Shown piece after piece: positions 63,718 to 64,000 of a stretch of DNA of 64,000 bases. The notes beneath the pieces were generated by a model. The model worked only from the letters and a program-made list of their open reading frames with translations. It did no database searches and was not told the DNA's origin. A program made the position numbers and the translations under genes. Source of the DNA: Oculina patagonica (Eukaryota); assembly GCF_052425735.1 (NCBI RefSeq), contig NC_135758.1:40424001-40488000 (forward strand), written 5' to 3'. Numbering within the stretch: position 1 is the stretch's first letter; each line of letters starts with the position of its first letter.

Positions 63718-63974
63718 TTAGAAGTCCTTTGGACGAATCTTCATCTCGGACCTCTTGAGAGAGTAATGGGAATTTTTCCAATGGTACCACACCATTCCGT
63801 CACTACTGACTTTACCATTGAGGTACAAACCATTGAGGTTTGAGTAATGGCAACCGTTGTACCACCAGGCGCCGTTGGTACCTATGGCACAGTTGCCTGA
63901 GCTACCGTCATTATCGCGATCTTTGGTGGTGAATGGTAAGCCACGATGATAACCGAGAGAATCACCAGCAGTAC
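63718..63974 (-). CDS. Last exon of a second fibrinogen-related lectin paralog (rest lies beyond the window)
   Basis: Intact acceptor and [39 protein letters not shown]. Confidence 0.9.
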
Positions 63975-64000
63975 CTAAGAAAAGAAACATGCTGAATCAA

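Larger units (their letters stand above)
58729..64000 (+). repeat. Tandem segmental duplicate of ~48537-52820
   Basis: Colinear similarity of PSMB7 intron 8 to 3' end, the intergenic DNA and the last fibrinogen exon; continues beyond the window. Confidence 0.92.

Overview
Eukaryotic, intron-rich, AT-rich animal DNA. The repeat families and gene set suggest a stony coral or other anthozoan (inference). By manual splice-site assembly the window holds seven spliced genes whose exon phases all close. (1) A 4-exon Ctr/SLC31 copper-transporter-like gene (+) whose MxxxM filter reads MxxxH. (2) A 6-exon, probably Ca2+-independent synaptotagmin (-). (3) A 7-exon STPG3-like gene (-) with an in-frame TAA in exon 1. 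(4) A 2-exon orphan gene with a TATA box (+). (5) A 22-exon M16 (HxxEH) metallopeptidase of the C05D11.1/SDD3 type (-), head-to-head with (6) proteasome beta-2 PSMB7 (+), 102 bp between start codons. (7) A secreted fibrinogen-related lectin (-). A roughly 10-11 kb tandem segmental duplication produces a 3' PSMB7 pseudo-fragment and a second fibrinogen-domain gene that differs mainly in its ligand-binding loops. Introns are packed with MITEs, SINEs and LINE fragments. The most unusual structure is a triple nest in an M16 intron: a Harbinger-like MITE contains a 2.0-kb element with ~367-bp modular TIRs and an exact 6-bp TSD, and that element carries an endonuclease-less Penelope-like RT abutting one TIR. 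All family assignments are from motif recognition; no database searches were run.
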